Source: Chrysochromulina tobinii
Lineage: Eukaryota
Direction: 5' to 3'
DNA length: 37,716 bases
Assembly (NCBI GenBank): GCA_001275005.1
Contig: JWZX01002446.1
Span: 1 to 37,716, forward strand
This document shows positions 18,699 to 29,977 of the stretch, piece after piece. The translations under genes and the position numbers were made by a program. Below the pieces are notes generated by a model. That model saw only the letters and a program-made list of their open reading frames with translations, made no database searches and was not told the DNA's origin. How positions within the stretch are numbered: position 1 is the stretch's first letter; each line of letters opens with the position of its first letter.

Positions 18699-20687
18699 AT
18701 GCCGCCCAACATCGTCCTCTTTGTCGCCGATGACATCCCACGCAACATGTTGGGTGCGTACGGTGCGCGCTCGGACTTGTCGCCCAATCTGGACGCGCTC
18801 GCTCGCGAGGGCGTGGTCTTCGAGCGCGCGTTCACAACGGCTCCACTGTGCACACCCAGCCGCTTTGCGCTCCTCACCGGCCGGTATGCGAGCAACGCGA
18901 GCTCGATCGTGTCGCACCGTCCATGGAACATGGTGGCCTTCAACACCTTCCTGACGGGTGCGGAGCCCACGCTCGCTGCGCGGCTGCGCCGCGCGGGATA
19001 CGCCACCGGCTTCTGCGGCAAGTACCACCTGGGCTTTCCGCTCTCCAAGGGTCCGCAGAGTGCCAAGGCGCGTGGGCGCGCCAAGTTTGGCGGCGGCGGC
19101 CGTGGCCTCTCGTACGAGGACATGGTCGAGTCCGTGCGCACGTACGGTGGCTTCGAGGAAGTTGTGAGCCTGTGGGGCGGCAACAAGCAGACGGCGCAGA
19201 GCCCCCACAATCCAGAGTGGATGGCTGCGCAGGCGGTGGGCTTCGTACGGCGCGCGGCTGGGGCGCAGCCCAGGGGTGGCGCCGCGGCGGGTGCTTCTTC
19301 GAGTGCGACGCGCCCATCACGGCGCCCCTTTTTCCTCTATTTTGCCGGCACGGTGCCGCACACGCCCTTCAGCCTGCCCGCGTCCTTCGAGGTGAATGTC
19401 ACACGCACCCCCGCAGGGGCAGTGCCTTATGAGCCCTCCTGGGAGGCCCAGCGGCAGCGGCTGCTCGCGCGCCTGAGGCCTCTCGGCCTCATCTGTAAGG
19501 ACTACCGCGAGTGCCACCGGCTCCACTACGCCGGCGCCAACGGCGCCAAGGACGCCCACAACGACGCGTACCACCGGCCCTTAGCTCTGAGTGACACGTG
19601 GCTGGACGGAACGTGGCTGTACTCGGAGCCAAATTTTGAGCAGGGGCGGCTCGCGAGGCTCTTCGCAGTGGGGCTAGCATGGCTCGATGACTCGATTGGC
19701 ACCGTCATCAAGTCGCTGCACGAGTACGGACTGCGACAGAGCACTGTGCTCATCTTCACAGCCCTCGCGCATGCAAGTGCTCACCACGACGCCCCGCCAC
19801 TTCCCCACAGGTACGGACTGCGACAGAGCACTGTGCTCATCTTCACAGCTGACCACGGCGCTTCGTTCCTTGGGAAGGGCCACGTGTACGAGGCTGGCGT
19901 GCGTGTGCCCCTCATCGCCAGCTGGCCCGACGGCGCCGCCGGTGCCGCCAGCGCCGGTGACGTGGCGACTCCTCGGCGCTCGACTCGACGCTCGTCTGCC
20001 AACGTCGCCCTGATCGACCTTGCACCCACTCTTCTCATGGCCGCTGGGGCGGAGGTGCAGGCGGAGGCGGCCAGCCTTCATGGGCAAAGCTTCTTATCCC
20101 TCGTGGCCCCGCACGCCGCCGAGGCCGCCGCCGCTCGTGCCACTCGTGCCGCCGCCGATGCTCGCACGGGCGCGGCCGGTGCGGGCGCCGTCCTGAGCGC
20201 CGTCCTGGGCGCCACCGGTGCGGGCGCCGTCCTGGGCGCCACCGACATGGACACGTGGCACTCGCGCCCGATCTTCATCGAGATTGGGTATGGGCGCGCC
20301 GTGATACGCGGCGTGTGGAAGCTGCTCGTCATCAACGACCCCATCGACAGGTGCCGCGCCGCATCGGACGGCACGTGCCGCAACTTGCATGCGGAGTCGA
20401 TCGACCGTTACCAATGCAACTTCACGGCCAACGGTCATCTGGGCAACCGGCTGGTGTGCAACATGACGTACGACGCGGTCGCGCGCCATGCGGGCTTCTG
20501 CGACCGGCGCCAGCTGTACAATCTCGAGGCGGACCCTCTGGAGCAGCGCAACGTCGTCGCTGAGCACCCGAATCTCTATGGTGAGCTGCTCGCCCTCATC
20601 GTGGCGCATGTGCGACACGTGGAGGCGGGCAACCCGGCCGTTGCCAACCGGACTCCCAACCAGTGTTCACTGCCCGCTCGAAAATAG
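18699..20687 (+). CDS. Formylglycine-dependent (S1) sulfatase; probable 87-bp intron at 19724-19810
   Basis: Motifs PNIVLFVADD, LCTPSRFALLTGRY (CxPxR), GYATGFCGKYHLG, IFTADHG, YEAGVRVPLI and QLYNLEADPLEQRNV. Confidence 0.92.
   Translation: MPPNIVLFVADDIPRNMLGAYGARSDLSPNLDALAREGVVFERAFTTAPLCTPSRFALLTGRYASNASSIVSHRPWNMVAFNTFLTGAEPTLAARLRRAGYATGFCGKYHLGFPLSKGPQSAKARGRAKFGGGGRGLSYEDMVESVRTYGGFEEVVSLWGGNKQTAQSPHNPEWMAAQAVGFVRRAAGAQPRGGAAAGASSSATRPSRRPFFLYFAGTVPHTPFSLPASFEVNVTRTPAGAVPYEPSWEAQRQRLLARLRPLGLICKDYRECHRLHYAGANGAKDAHNDAYHRPLALSDTWLDGTWLYSEPNFEQGRLARLFAVGLAWLDDSIGTVIKSLHEYGLRQSTVLIFTALAHASAHHDAPPLPHRYGLRQSTVLIFTADHGASFLGKGHVYEAGVRVPLIASWPDGAAGAASAGDVATPRRSTRRSSANVALIDLAPTLLMAAGAEVQAEAASLHGQSFLSLVAPHAAEAAAARATRAAADARTGAAGAGAVLSAVLGATGAGAVLGATDMDTWHSRPIFIEIGYGRAVIRGVWKLLVINDPIDRCRAASDGTCRNLHAESIDRYQCNFTANGHLGNRLVCNMTYDAVARHAGFCDRRQLYNLEADPLEQRNVVAEHPNLYGELLALIVAHVRHVEAGNPAVANRTPNQCSLPARK
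19724..19810 (+). mobile_element. Very recent introner-like intron with a perfect 39-bp target duplication
   Basis: 19724-19762 is identical to 19811-19849, and the 48-nt insert ends CTTCCCCACAG. Removal restores HEYGLRQSTVLIFTADHG. Confidence 0.85.
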
Positions 20688-20813
20688 CCGAATTCGAATT
20701 TTTAACGTCCTCTATTGGGTAAAGGCTGGGGATTTCGCGCGAATCAGCCGTTGTCACGCTAAAAAAGGCGAATCAGCCGTTGTCCTCAAAACAAAACCGA
20801 ACCATCTCGTACC

Positions 20814-22461
<1,648 letters not shown>

Positions 22462-22776
22462 GCGTGCTGCCGCCCGGCCGTCTTGGCGTCTTGCCTCGGG
22501 CTCTGTTGCGCACTGCTGAACTATTGTGCGCACCCAACACACGTCGCGCGCGCGCGCGCTGCCGGACTACGGGCGTGTGTAACCGTCATCCCATGCAATC
22601 AGCTACTGTCGTACAATCAGCTGTGTGCTGAAGCGTGATCCGAGACAGACATGCGTAAAATACGTGTAGTAAAGGAAAGCCGTAGCGAGGACCGTGGCGG
22701 TGCTGCACGCGAATCCCGTTCCCTGGGCATGCGATGTGTTGCACTGTGGGCGAAACAATAAACGACACGCGCAGGC

Positions 22777-25467
22777 ATGCATCTACCTTTCGCAAAAGTC
22801 GCATTTCGACACCAAATTAGCATGGCAGGGACACATGTGGTCGAGCTGCCGGCAAGGATAGTCCAGGTCCCTGGCCTCATCGCCTTGCATATGCGGCAAC
22901 ACGAAATGGACGAGAACACTCAGATCAGCTGCTGCGATGCGCTCAGCCAGATCGCGAGGGGCAACGACGTTCAACGCCACGAGGTGCTCAAAGCTGAAGG
23001 GCACGTTTCGGTTGTGGATGCGATGATACGGCACCGGGCAAATGTGCGGGTGCAGCGGGCGGGGAGCGCCGCGCTGGCGAGCATCGCGTCGGGGAACGAG
23101 GAGGGCAAGAGCGCAATACTCGCAAAGGGCGGGCTCCGTGCGCTGGTCCTCGCGTTGGACCTTCACGGCGGCGATTTGAAGCTGCTCTTCATCGCGTGCG
23201 GCGCGCTAAGGTATCTCTCCACCGGCGACGCACGGCGCAAGCGGCTCCTGCTTGGGTCCGGCCTGCCGTTGGGGTACACGTGGACGGATAACCCATCGAG
23301 TGCGGTCGTCATCAGCGACGTCTTCTCGTCGGCGCTAGTCGCGCGCTTGGTCGCCGGCGAGCCGCTCGCATTCACGCTCGAGGAGCTTGAGGAGCTCAAA
23401 CAGCGCTCAACGTCGGGCGGCTCGCAGGCGGCCAATTTGAGGCCGAGCGATTGCATCAAGGGCTACGCCCCCGGGGCTGTAAAGTACCTTTTGAGTGAGC
23501 CTTGGTCACTGAAGGATGCGCTCCTGCGCTCGTCGAGCCGCGTCGAGACGCTGTTCAAGGCGTGGGACAAGGACCAGAGCGGCACCCTCGACAAGACGGA
23601 GTTCTATCGGGCGGTGCGCGCGCTCGGGTTCGCCGTCGAGCAGGCTGATTCGGATGCCCTCTTCGACACGCTCGACGCCGACGGCTCGGGGGCGATGGAG
23701 TACTCGGAGCTCGACATGATGTTGCGCACGACGGAGGGAAACGAGGCGCCCCTCGGACTCCGATTCCGGGAGGTGATCAAGCCTCCTACGGACGCGCACG
23801 AGATCGTCAACGATCAGCTCTCGAGCGCGCTCCAATCGAGCACCTCTTCCGAACAGCGTGAGTTTACGCATCGAGAGCTCGCGAGCTTTGGGGTGTCCGC
23901 AAGCGTAGTGCCCGCTAATAAGGGGGCCTTCGTGCGAGCGCGCGCGCCGCCGAGCCCGGTGTACTTCAAGCCCGCGCTCGACGGACCCCTCGGCCTCAAG
24001 TGGACGCAAGTGGACTCGCCCGAGCAGCCCGCCGGCACGGAGCTGATCAACGGGGCGATGTCGAGGGCCCTTGGAGACAGGGACAGGGATGCGGACACAG
24101 GCGGAACAGAGGAGCTGAGTGCGGACGAGTTTGTCAGGTTCTGCGCGCGCGGCATCCGGCACGACAGCTTCGTCAGGTCGTGGGCGCCCGCGGACCAGGT
24201 TCTCTTCCGCGTGGCGAAGCGCTCCCCGCTCGACAAGCACGGAAGGCCCATTCTACAAGCGGAGCACGCGCATGACCTTGGGCGCACATGGCGCCAGATG
24301 CCGCCAGGCGAGCTCAAGGGGTGGGGACTTTTGGGCGCAGGCGAGCTGAGTCATGCACCGCTCTTCCGGATGCTGCAGGGGAAGATGGCCGCCATACAGC
24401 GGAAATCGTATGAGGACCAGAGCGCCGCGGAGCGACTGGGCGAGATCGAGCTCTCGGATGCTGAGATCGCGCACCTCGACCTGCCGCCACTGCATGCCAA
24501 CAGCTTCATCGCCACGTGTGTCCAAGGGACCGAGCGCTACTTCAAGCCGCTCAGCGCACTCGGCGCGACTGTGGCGGCAATGGAGCGCTACCCAAGCGAG
24601 ATCGATGTGCAGCTCAAGGCTGTGGGAGTCCTGAGCAACCTGGCCTGCGGCGACGAGGCTTGCCAAGTAGCGATCGTCACGTCGGGGGCGCTGGCGGCGA
24701 TCATGGCGTCGTTGCGGCTGGATGCGGTCGAGGTACGCCGCTGCGGCTGTGCCGCGCTCGCCAACCTGACGTACAGTAATGGAATGCTCAAGCAGGCTAT
24801 CGTAGCGGCCGGCGGCGTGCGGGCGCTCGTGGCCACGATGAAGGTCAGCCCTGGCGACGCGACCGTGCAAACCGCCTCGATCAGTGCGCTCGCGAACCTC
24901 GCTCTTGGCGATTTGAACGAGAGAGACGAGAGCGAAGAGCGCAAAGACGACGTTCTAAAGAACCCCAAGATGAGCGAGAAGCTCATCTACCTCCTCAAGA
25001 TCATGACCATCGCGTCAAGAGCGCCCCGGAAGGCACAGACGTCCGAGGCGCAGAAGGTGCCGAAGCTCTCATGGGCAGCCACCCGCAGGCACGCAGTGCT
25101 GTCCGCCGGTGCGGCGGAGGCCGTGGTCGCGGCCATGCAGCACCGGTACGCCGACGAGGCTCAGCAATTGCGTGTCGTGCGGGCCGGCTGCTCGGCGCTG
25201 CAAGTCTTCGCACTCGGCAAAGACGGGGGCGAAGACGAGACGGCTACAAGAGCGCGCGAGGCAGTCGTGAGCGCGGGCGGCGTGAGTGCCGTAATCGAGG
25301 GTATGAGGAACGCTCGTGACGATGTGGTCATCAAGGGCCGCGGTTTTGGGGCGCTCAACTGCATTGCGAGTGGCGGCGACGACTCTAACCAAGCGGTCGT
25401 CTCGGGAGGTGGCAAGGCGTGGCGAAGCCAGCCACTGGTGCCGCTCGTGAAGGCATTTGTTGATTGA
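22777..25467 (+). CDS. Armadillo-repeat protein with an EF-hand pair and four copies of an uncharacterised internal module
   Basis: ARM-like units (VQRAGSAALASIA, VQLKAVGVLSNLA, GCAALANL, IVAAGGVRALV). EF loops DKDQSGTLDKTE and DADGSGAMEYSE. The start codon is uncertain. Confidence 0.85.
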   Translation: MHLPFAKVAFRHQISMAGTHVVELPARIVQVPGLIALHMRQHEMDENTQISCCDALSQIARGNDVQRHEVLKAEGHVSVVDAMIRHRANVRVQRAGSAALASIASGNEEGKSAILAKGGLRALVLALDLHGGDLKLLFIACGALRYLSTGDARRKRLLLGSGLPLGYTWTDNPSSAVVISDVFSSALVARLVAGEPLAFTLEELEELKQRSTSGGSQAANLRPSDCIKGYAPGAVKYLLSEPWSLKDALLRSSSRVETLFKAWDKDQSGTLDKTEFYRAVRALGFAVEQADSDALFDTLDADGSGAMEYSELDMMLRTTEGNEAPLGLRFREVIKPPTDAHEIVNDQLSSALQSSTSSEQREFTHRELASFGVSASVVPANKGAFVRARAPPSPVYFKPALDGPLGLKWTQVDSPEQPAGTELINGAMSRALGDRDRDADTGGTEELSADEFVRFCARGIRHDSFVRSWAPADQVLFRVAKRSPLDKHGRPILQAEHAHDLGRTWRQMPPGELKGWGLLGAGELSHAPLFRMLQGKMAAIQRKSYEDQSAAERLGEIELSDAEIAHLDLPPLHANSFIATCVQGTERYFKPLSALGATVAAMERYPSEIDVQLKAVGVLSNLACGDEACQVAIVTSGALAAIMASLRLDAVEVRRCGCAALANLTYSNGMLKQAIVAAGGVRALVATMKVSPGDATVQTASISALANLALGDLNERDESEERKDDVLKNPKMSEKLIYLLKIMTIASRAPRKAQTSEAQKVPKLSWAATRRHAVLSAGAAEAVVAAMQHRYADEAQQLRVVRAGCSALQVFALGKDGGEDETATRAREAVVSAGGVSAVIEGMRNARDDVVIKGRGFGALNCIASGGDDSNQAVVSGGGKAWRSQPLVPLVKAFVD

Positions 25468-26007
25468 TGAGTGTGTTGGTGCTGATGCCCGCGGATCTGC
25501 GAACCGGCGCCTGTTGAGCGAATGTAGCCACTGGTTACCCAACCCAGCCACCACGGGGTGGTCCCGGTGGCGGTGCGGGACCGGGGCTGCGTCGAATCCG
25601 TAGAGGAAATAAAAGGAGCACGTCCTTGCTCCTTGCGCGAGCGTCAAACCACAAACGGATCGAAAACTGCAAACTCTCGAATACGAAACTCTCGGGGTCC
25701 CAACCCTCACCACGCTCGACTTCTGATACTGACAAACATGTGTAGCGGTTTGTGGCTAGTCCGCAGCTCCGCACGCTAGATTGAGTGACGCACCGAGTCC
25801 ACAGACGACACCACACTCAGGTGCGCGGCGGATGCTATCTGATTACTAGCATTAGGGTCAGGGACGGAAGTGGTCACCAGCGCACAACAAGGACAGTTAT
25901 ACGCGTGTCGCAGATCGCAATCGCCGCGCGAGGCACTTCTGCGCATCACATTACACCCCGGACACGAGGCGGCCTACTCTAGCCTATATACTCGAAATGG
26001 GAAATGC

Positions 26008-27750
26008 TCAGATGGTTACGTGAAGGCAGGACGAGGTGTTAGCGAAGCATGCCGCGCCGACATGCCCTGGCTTGCCCGCCCTCCATCCATCCACACATTC
26101 AGCACGCACCTGAACACCGATAGCCCTCGTGTGCGTGCCCTTTTTGGCCAACAGGCAGTGCTGCAAGCAGCTCGCGACGCGCAGCCCGAGCCGATCGATG
26201 CGCACGTGCGACCGATTGAGGTTCGCAAGGCGAGGGGCTCGACGAGGCGTCGGCGACGGATTTGAGGCATGCGTCACGTTCACGTAGCAGTCGCCGGTGC
26301 GCTTGTGCAGCAAGAAGGAGGTTGTGGAGGAGATGGTTGCATGCAAATTCGGATTCCACGTGTCCACTGTTGGGAATGGTGCCACAACCGACCTGCGATC
26401 TTGCGATGACGTGCCTGCGAGTTCGTAGCACGCGCAACCACGCCCGCATGCAATCGAAAAGCGGCCACTCTCGGGCCGCCACGACAGCATGTAGCCAAGC
26501 GCCACCTCGAGCAGCGCGCACGTCACATGTGGCGCAATCGGCCCGAGGGTGAGGACGTGAGTGTTGTGGGTGTGGAGCTGGCTCTCATGCGAGCCGTACT
26601 TGGCGGCTGCCCGATCGCCCATCTCCGTGCCATGCACCACCTCGAGGTAAGATTCATAGCCGAGCTTCTCGACACCAGGGTTGTCCACGCCGCCATCGTT
26701 GACCAGCCTCCACGTGCCGTGGTGGCCGTCGGACGCCCCGAGCTGGCCCGAAGAGACCGGGAATGAGACCGGCATGTCGGCGGCACTCGTGTAGCAAACC
26801 TCTTCGTGATGCAGCAACAGCATGTCATCAGTTGCGTCCGATGGCAGCACAGTTCGTACACTGCCCCACGGCGCAGGGACGTCAACCTCCACTGCATCAT
26901 GTTCAAGGTCCGCACCGCTCTCGTTTACGAGCGCTCGTGCCCTTTCGCGACGCAGGCGCTCAATCAGAAAGCTTGCCACTGCCCTGCCCATCAACGCATG
27001 CCCGGCACAGTTGGGATGGGCCTTGTCGGCGTGGAATCCGCCGTCACCCTCGCCCTCGCCCATGCTATAGTTGCGCTCGAGGAGAGGGCGCATCACCGAG
27101 CGCAGGAGGAGGACGTCGAGGTTCACCGACGGCGCACGAGGTGCACTGAGCAGCCCGCGCTCAAAAGTGGAGACCCATTCCGGAGGGATTGTGTTCCAGC
27201 CGTCGTGTGGTGCGGATGGCGGCCAGCCAATGAAGGCGACAGCGCTCTTGGGTGCAGCGCGGCGCACGCCTGCAACGAGCTCGGCAATGTCGGATAACCC
27301 GCGAGGGCCTTTGAGAACGGCGCTGTTCTCGAGCTCGAGCAGAACGATGTTGGTGTTTGCCTGCAGGCCAAAGCGTGATGGGCACTGCTCAAAGTAAGAG
27401 GCATCGACGGCCGATTTCCCAAAGAGCCCCACATGCACTTCGACACCGCGTAAGCTCTGCTGCAGGCTATCACTCAAGATGAGGCCCCAGGAGGTTTCGA
27501 TGCTGCAGGCGGTGCTAACTGCTCCTGCATGACAAGCCGACGTCGCGCCGCAGCCGCCAGTGACTGAGCCGCCAAGAACCAACACCCGCAGAGGCGATGC
27601 GTACGCCGCACGCTGCCACCGCCAGTCGAGTTCGTTCAGTGCCGCCGCTGCGAATGCATCAGCGCCAGCGCGCCACAGTGGCAAATCGCTGAGTGAATGG
27701 ACAGTGGCGTTGGCGCGCTCGTAGGGCGCGCCCCACACCCAGAGCCCCAT
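26008..27750 (-). CDS. SGNH/GDSL-like hydrolase domain protein
   Basis: Block I VLVLGGSVTGGCG, a block III-like IVLLELEN and block V DKAHPNCAGH. The 5' end is uncertain (ATG 27750 or an upstream exon). Confidence 0.75.
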   Translation of the reverse strand: MGLWVWGAPYERANATVHSLSDLPLWRAGADAFAAAALNELDWRWQRAAYASPLRVLVLGGSVTGGCGATSACHAGAVSTACSIETSWGLILSDSLQQSLRGVEVHVGLFGKSAVDASYFEQCPSRFGLQANTNIVLLELENSAVLKGPRGLSDIAELVAGVRRAAPKSAVAFIGWPPSAPHDGWNTIPPEWVSTFERGLLSAPRAPSVNLDVLLLRSVMRPLLERNYSMGEGEGDGGFHADKAHPNCAGHALMGRAVASFLIERLRRERARALVNESGADLEHDAVEVDVPAPWGSVRTVLPSDATDDMLLLHHEEVCYTSAADMPVSFPVSSGQLGASDGHHGTWRLVNDGGVDNPGVEKLGYESYLEVVHGTEMGDRAAAKYGSHESQLHTHNTHVLTLGPIAPHVTCALLEVALGYMLSWRPESGRFSIACGRGCACYELAGTSSQDRRSVVAPFPTVDTWNPNLHATISSTTSFLLHKRTGDCYVNVTHASNPSPTPRRAPRLANLNRSHVRIDRLGLRVASCLQHCLLAKKGTHTRAIGVQVRAECVDGWRAGKPGHVGAACFANTSSCLHVTI

Positions 27751-28160
27751 CCACTGCACCTCAGAGCGACGTACGGCGAGAAGAAGCCTGGGTGGGCTTC
27801 ACGTTGTTCGCAGTATCCTCCCCAGGAGGCGCTTCGTGCACACCTGTGACCGCTGACTCAGGAGCCTGGCCAGGCGGGGCGGGGCATTCATGTTAGGATA
27901 ACGTTCTAGAAACTATTTGAGTTTTCTTCGCTTCGTCATTAAACGTGCATGTCAACGCACCAAGACAAGTCAGTGCGCCCAGTATGCACCGCAGTACCCC
28001 TCAGGTACATGTACCAGAAACTGGCACCCGGAAAATAATCCAGCCGTGACGGCCGAAATCTTTCGCAGTGCGATACGTTGAACGTTCGAAAGCCAAGCCC
28101 TCTCCCAGTTTATGGAAATGACTCACTCTCTGGCGGGGCGCCTCCCCTTTGGCTTTGCCC

Positions 28161-29657
28161 TTAGCCCCCCCGTGACTTCGACCTCGAGTTGTCGACGGGC
28201 TCCCCGATGGACTCACCCTTGAGCGCTTCAGCAACTACAATGCCGCCAGCAATCAGATCGAGCAGCAGCTCAAATGGATCGCTGTTCTCCTTCGCTGCTG
28301 TCGGCACACCGACAGCATGTTCGACAGGCACAGCGGCAGCCGGCGCTCTCTGGCCAACGCTCCGACCGATCCTGTCTTGTACCTCCTCCGCCACTTCCGC
28401 CTCCTCAACAGCTGCCGCCTCTACCTTGATTGGCATCTCTACAGCCTCCGTCTCCTTCACGGGCTCATTAAGCGCCTGCGCTGCATCAATGCCCGTGCCC
28501 TGCGGCGCCTCCGCCTCGTTCACCGCCTCGTTCACCGCCTCGTTTACCGCCTCGTTCACCGCCTCGTTCACCGCCTCCGCTGCTTGAATGCCCATGCCCT
28601 GCACGTTAGTTGAAGGCGACAGCTGCTGAGGAGGCGGAAGGTGATTCGTCACTTCCAACACCTCCGCCTCTACCACTTTCTCCGCCTCCGTCGTTGGCAT
28701 CGCCCTGGTGCCGTCTTCAGCGGCCGCCGCGGGCACCACCTCGCGGGCACTGAGCGGCTGGAGCCCCGTGGAAGCCTGTGGAACCCTCTGGAGCCCTGCC
28801 GCTTCCAGCGCCGTCTCCACAGCGGCGAGGGCATAGAACGGCGCGTCGGCGAGTGACGGCTCGATTTCCGCCTGCGGGGCGTTGGCCGTGGGTAGCGCAT
28901 CCAGCGGCTTGCCGTCGCGAGCGGCGGCTTTCGAAATCAAGTCGGTCTCTGTTCGAATATCTTGGATGAAGGAGTCGAACGTGGACGGGGAGAGCAACAG
29001 AGAGGCGGAGATCAAGACCTCCTCCTCCTTCAGCTGAGCCACGCGTGCCTTCTCTTTCAGCACGGCGGCTTGAACATCGGCGAGCACACTGCGCTTTTCG
29101 AGCTCCGCTTTCGTCTCCGACACCTCCTGCAGAAGCGACTTCAGCATGGCACTCTTTGCCTCGGCCGCCTCGGCACGAACGCGCAACTCTTGTGCACTCA
29201 GCTCGTCCATCAGCTGATCTGCGACTTGCGCCACGGCCCGACGACGCTCGTCGAAGTACGACAAAATCTGAGACTGCTCAGTGCAGTAACGCGAGACCTT
29301 GGACGCAACCTTGCCAACGTGACCAAGCAAATTGGAAATAAAGCGGTCGCGTGTCCGCATGAGCGCGGTCGCGAGGCGCCAGGCAACCAAGACCAGCGCC
29401 AAGCGCCACACAATTTTGAGGCTCACGCCAAAGAGATCGAGGGCGACAAAGGCGGCCGAAGGTGAGGCCATGAAGCCATCTTTTAGATGCCACATGGCGA
29501 ACCCGCGGTGCGCTATTGGCAGCCACTCAAGTGCGAGCTTTGGCGTACACGTCCTGCGTAGCTGCGGCCTTCCCGTAGCCATTCTGAGTTCCCAACTTGA
29601 GGTCATGATGATGCCATGGGCCGTGGAAGCCAACAGAAGAACGACCGCCCCGCGCAT
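28161..29657 (-). CDS. Hypothetical protein with signal/transit leader, hydrophobic segment, coiled coil and acidic tail containing (AVNE)x5
   Basis: 498-aa ORF starting with the signal peptide MRGAVVLLLASTAHG, with a 12-bp coding repeat near 28510-28580. Confidence 0.7.
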   Translation of the reverse strand: MRGAVVLLLASTAHGIIMTSSWELRMATGRPQLRRTCTPKLALEWLPIAHRGFAMWHLKDGFMASPSAAFVALDLFGVSLKIVWRLALVLVAWRLATALMRTRDRFISNLLGHVGKVASKVSRYCTEQSQILSYFDERRRAVAQVADQLMDELSAQELRVRAEAAEAKSAMLKSLLQEVSETKAELEKRSVLADVQAAVLKEKARVAQLKEEEVLISASLLLSPSTFDSFIQDIRTETDLISKAAARDGKPLDALPTANAPQAEIEPSLADAPFYALAAVETALEAAGLQRVPQASTGLQPLSAREVVPAAAAEDGTRAMPTTEAEKVVEAEVLEVTNHLPPPQQLSPSTNVQGMGIQAAEAVNEAVNEAVNEAVNEAVNEAEAPQGTGIDAAQALNEPVKETEAVEMPIKVEAAAVEEAEVAEEVQDRIGRSVGQRAPAAAVPVEHAVGVPTAAKENSDPFELLLDLIAGGIVVAEALKGESIGEPVDNSRSKSRGG

Positions 29658-29977
29658 GTCTTCTTGAAACGTGCGACCCGAGAACAGTACCGGGAACAGA
29701 TTGCGTCAGGGTCGGAGTGCCTTTGGTCGGGCCGGGAAGTCTGGTGTCACCCCTGTGGTTGGCAGCAAATGCATATCGGGGATCGAGAATCTCCCGACGA
29801 ACTTGCTTTTCCAATTTCTGATCAAGTAATGTAATTGTAACCACAAAGTCTTTCTTGGCCCCCCTACAGATTGCGGCGTCTCAGTCCGATGCGCTCGGGC
29901 TTCGTCCAAAAAAAGCCGGCATCGGCGAGCGACGGCGTCGGATTTTGGGCGCAGTTGCGCGAGCGCGCCCGTCCTCA

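Noticed and set aside
27750..27895. Upstream ATG in frame with the SGNH ORF but separated by a TGA (possible readthrough or Sec)
   Set aside because: There is no redox motif context and no SECIS was seen; a 5' UTR or an unrecognised exon is more likely.
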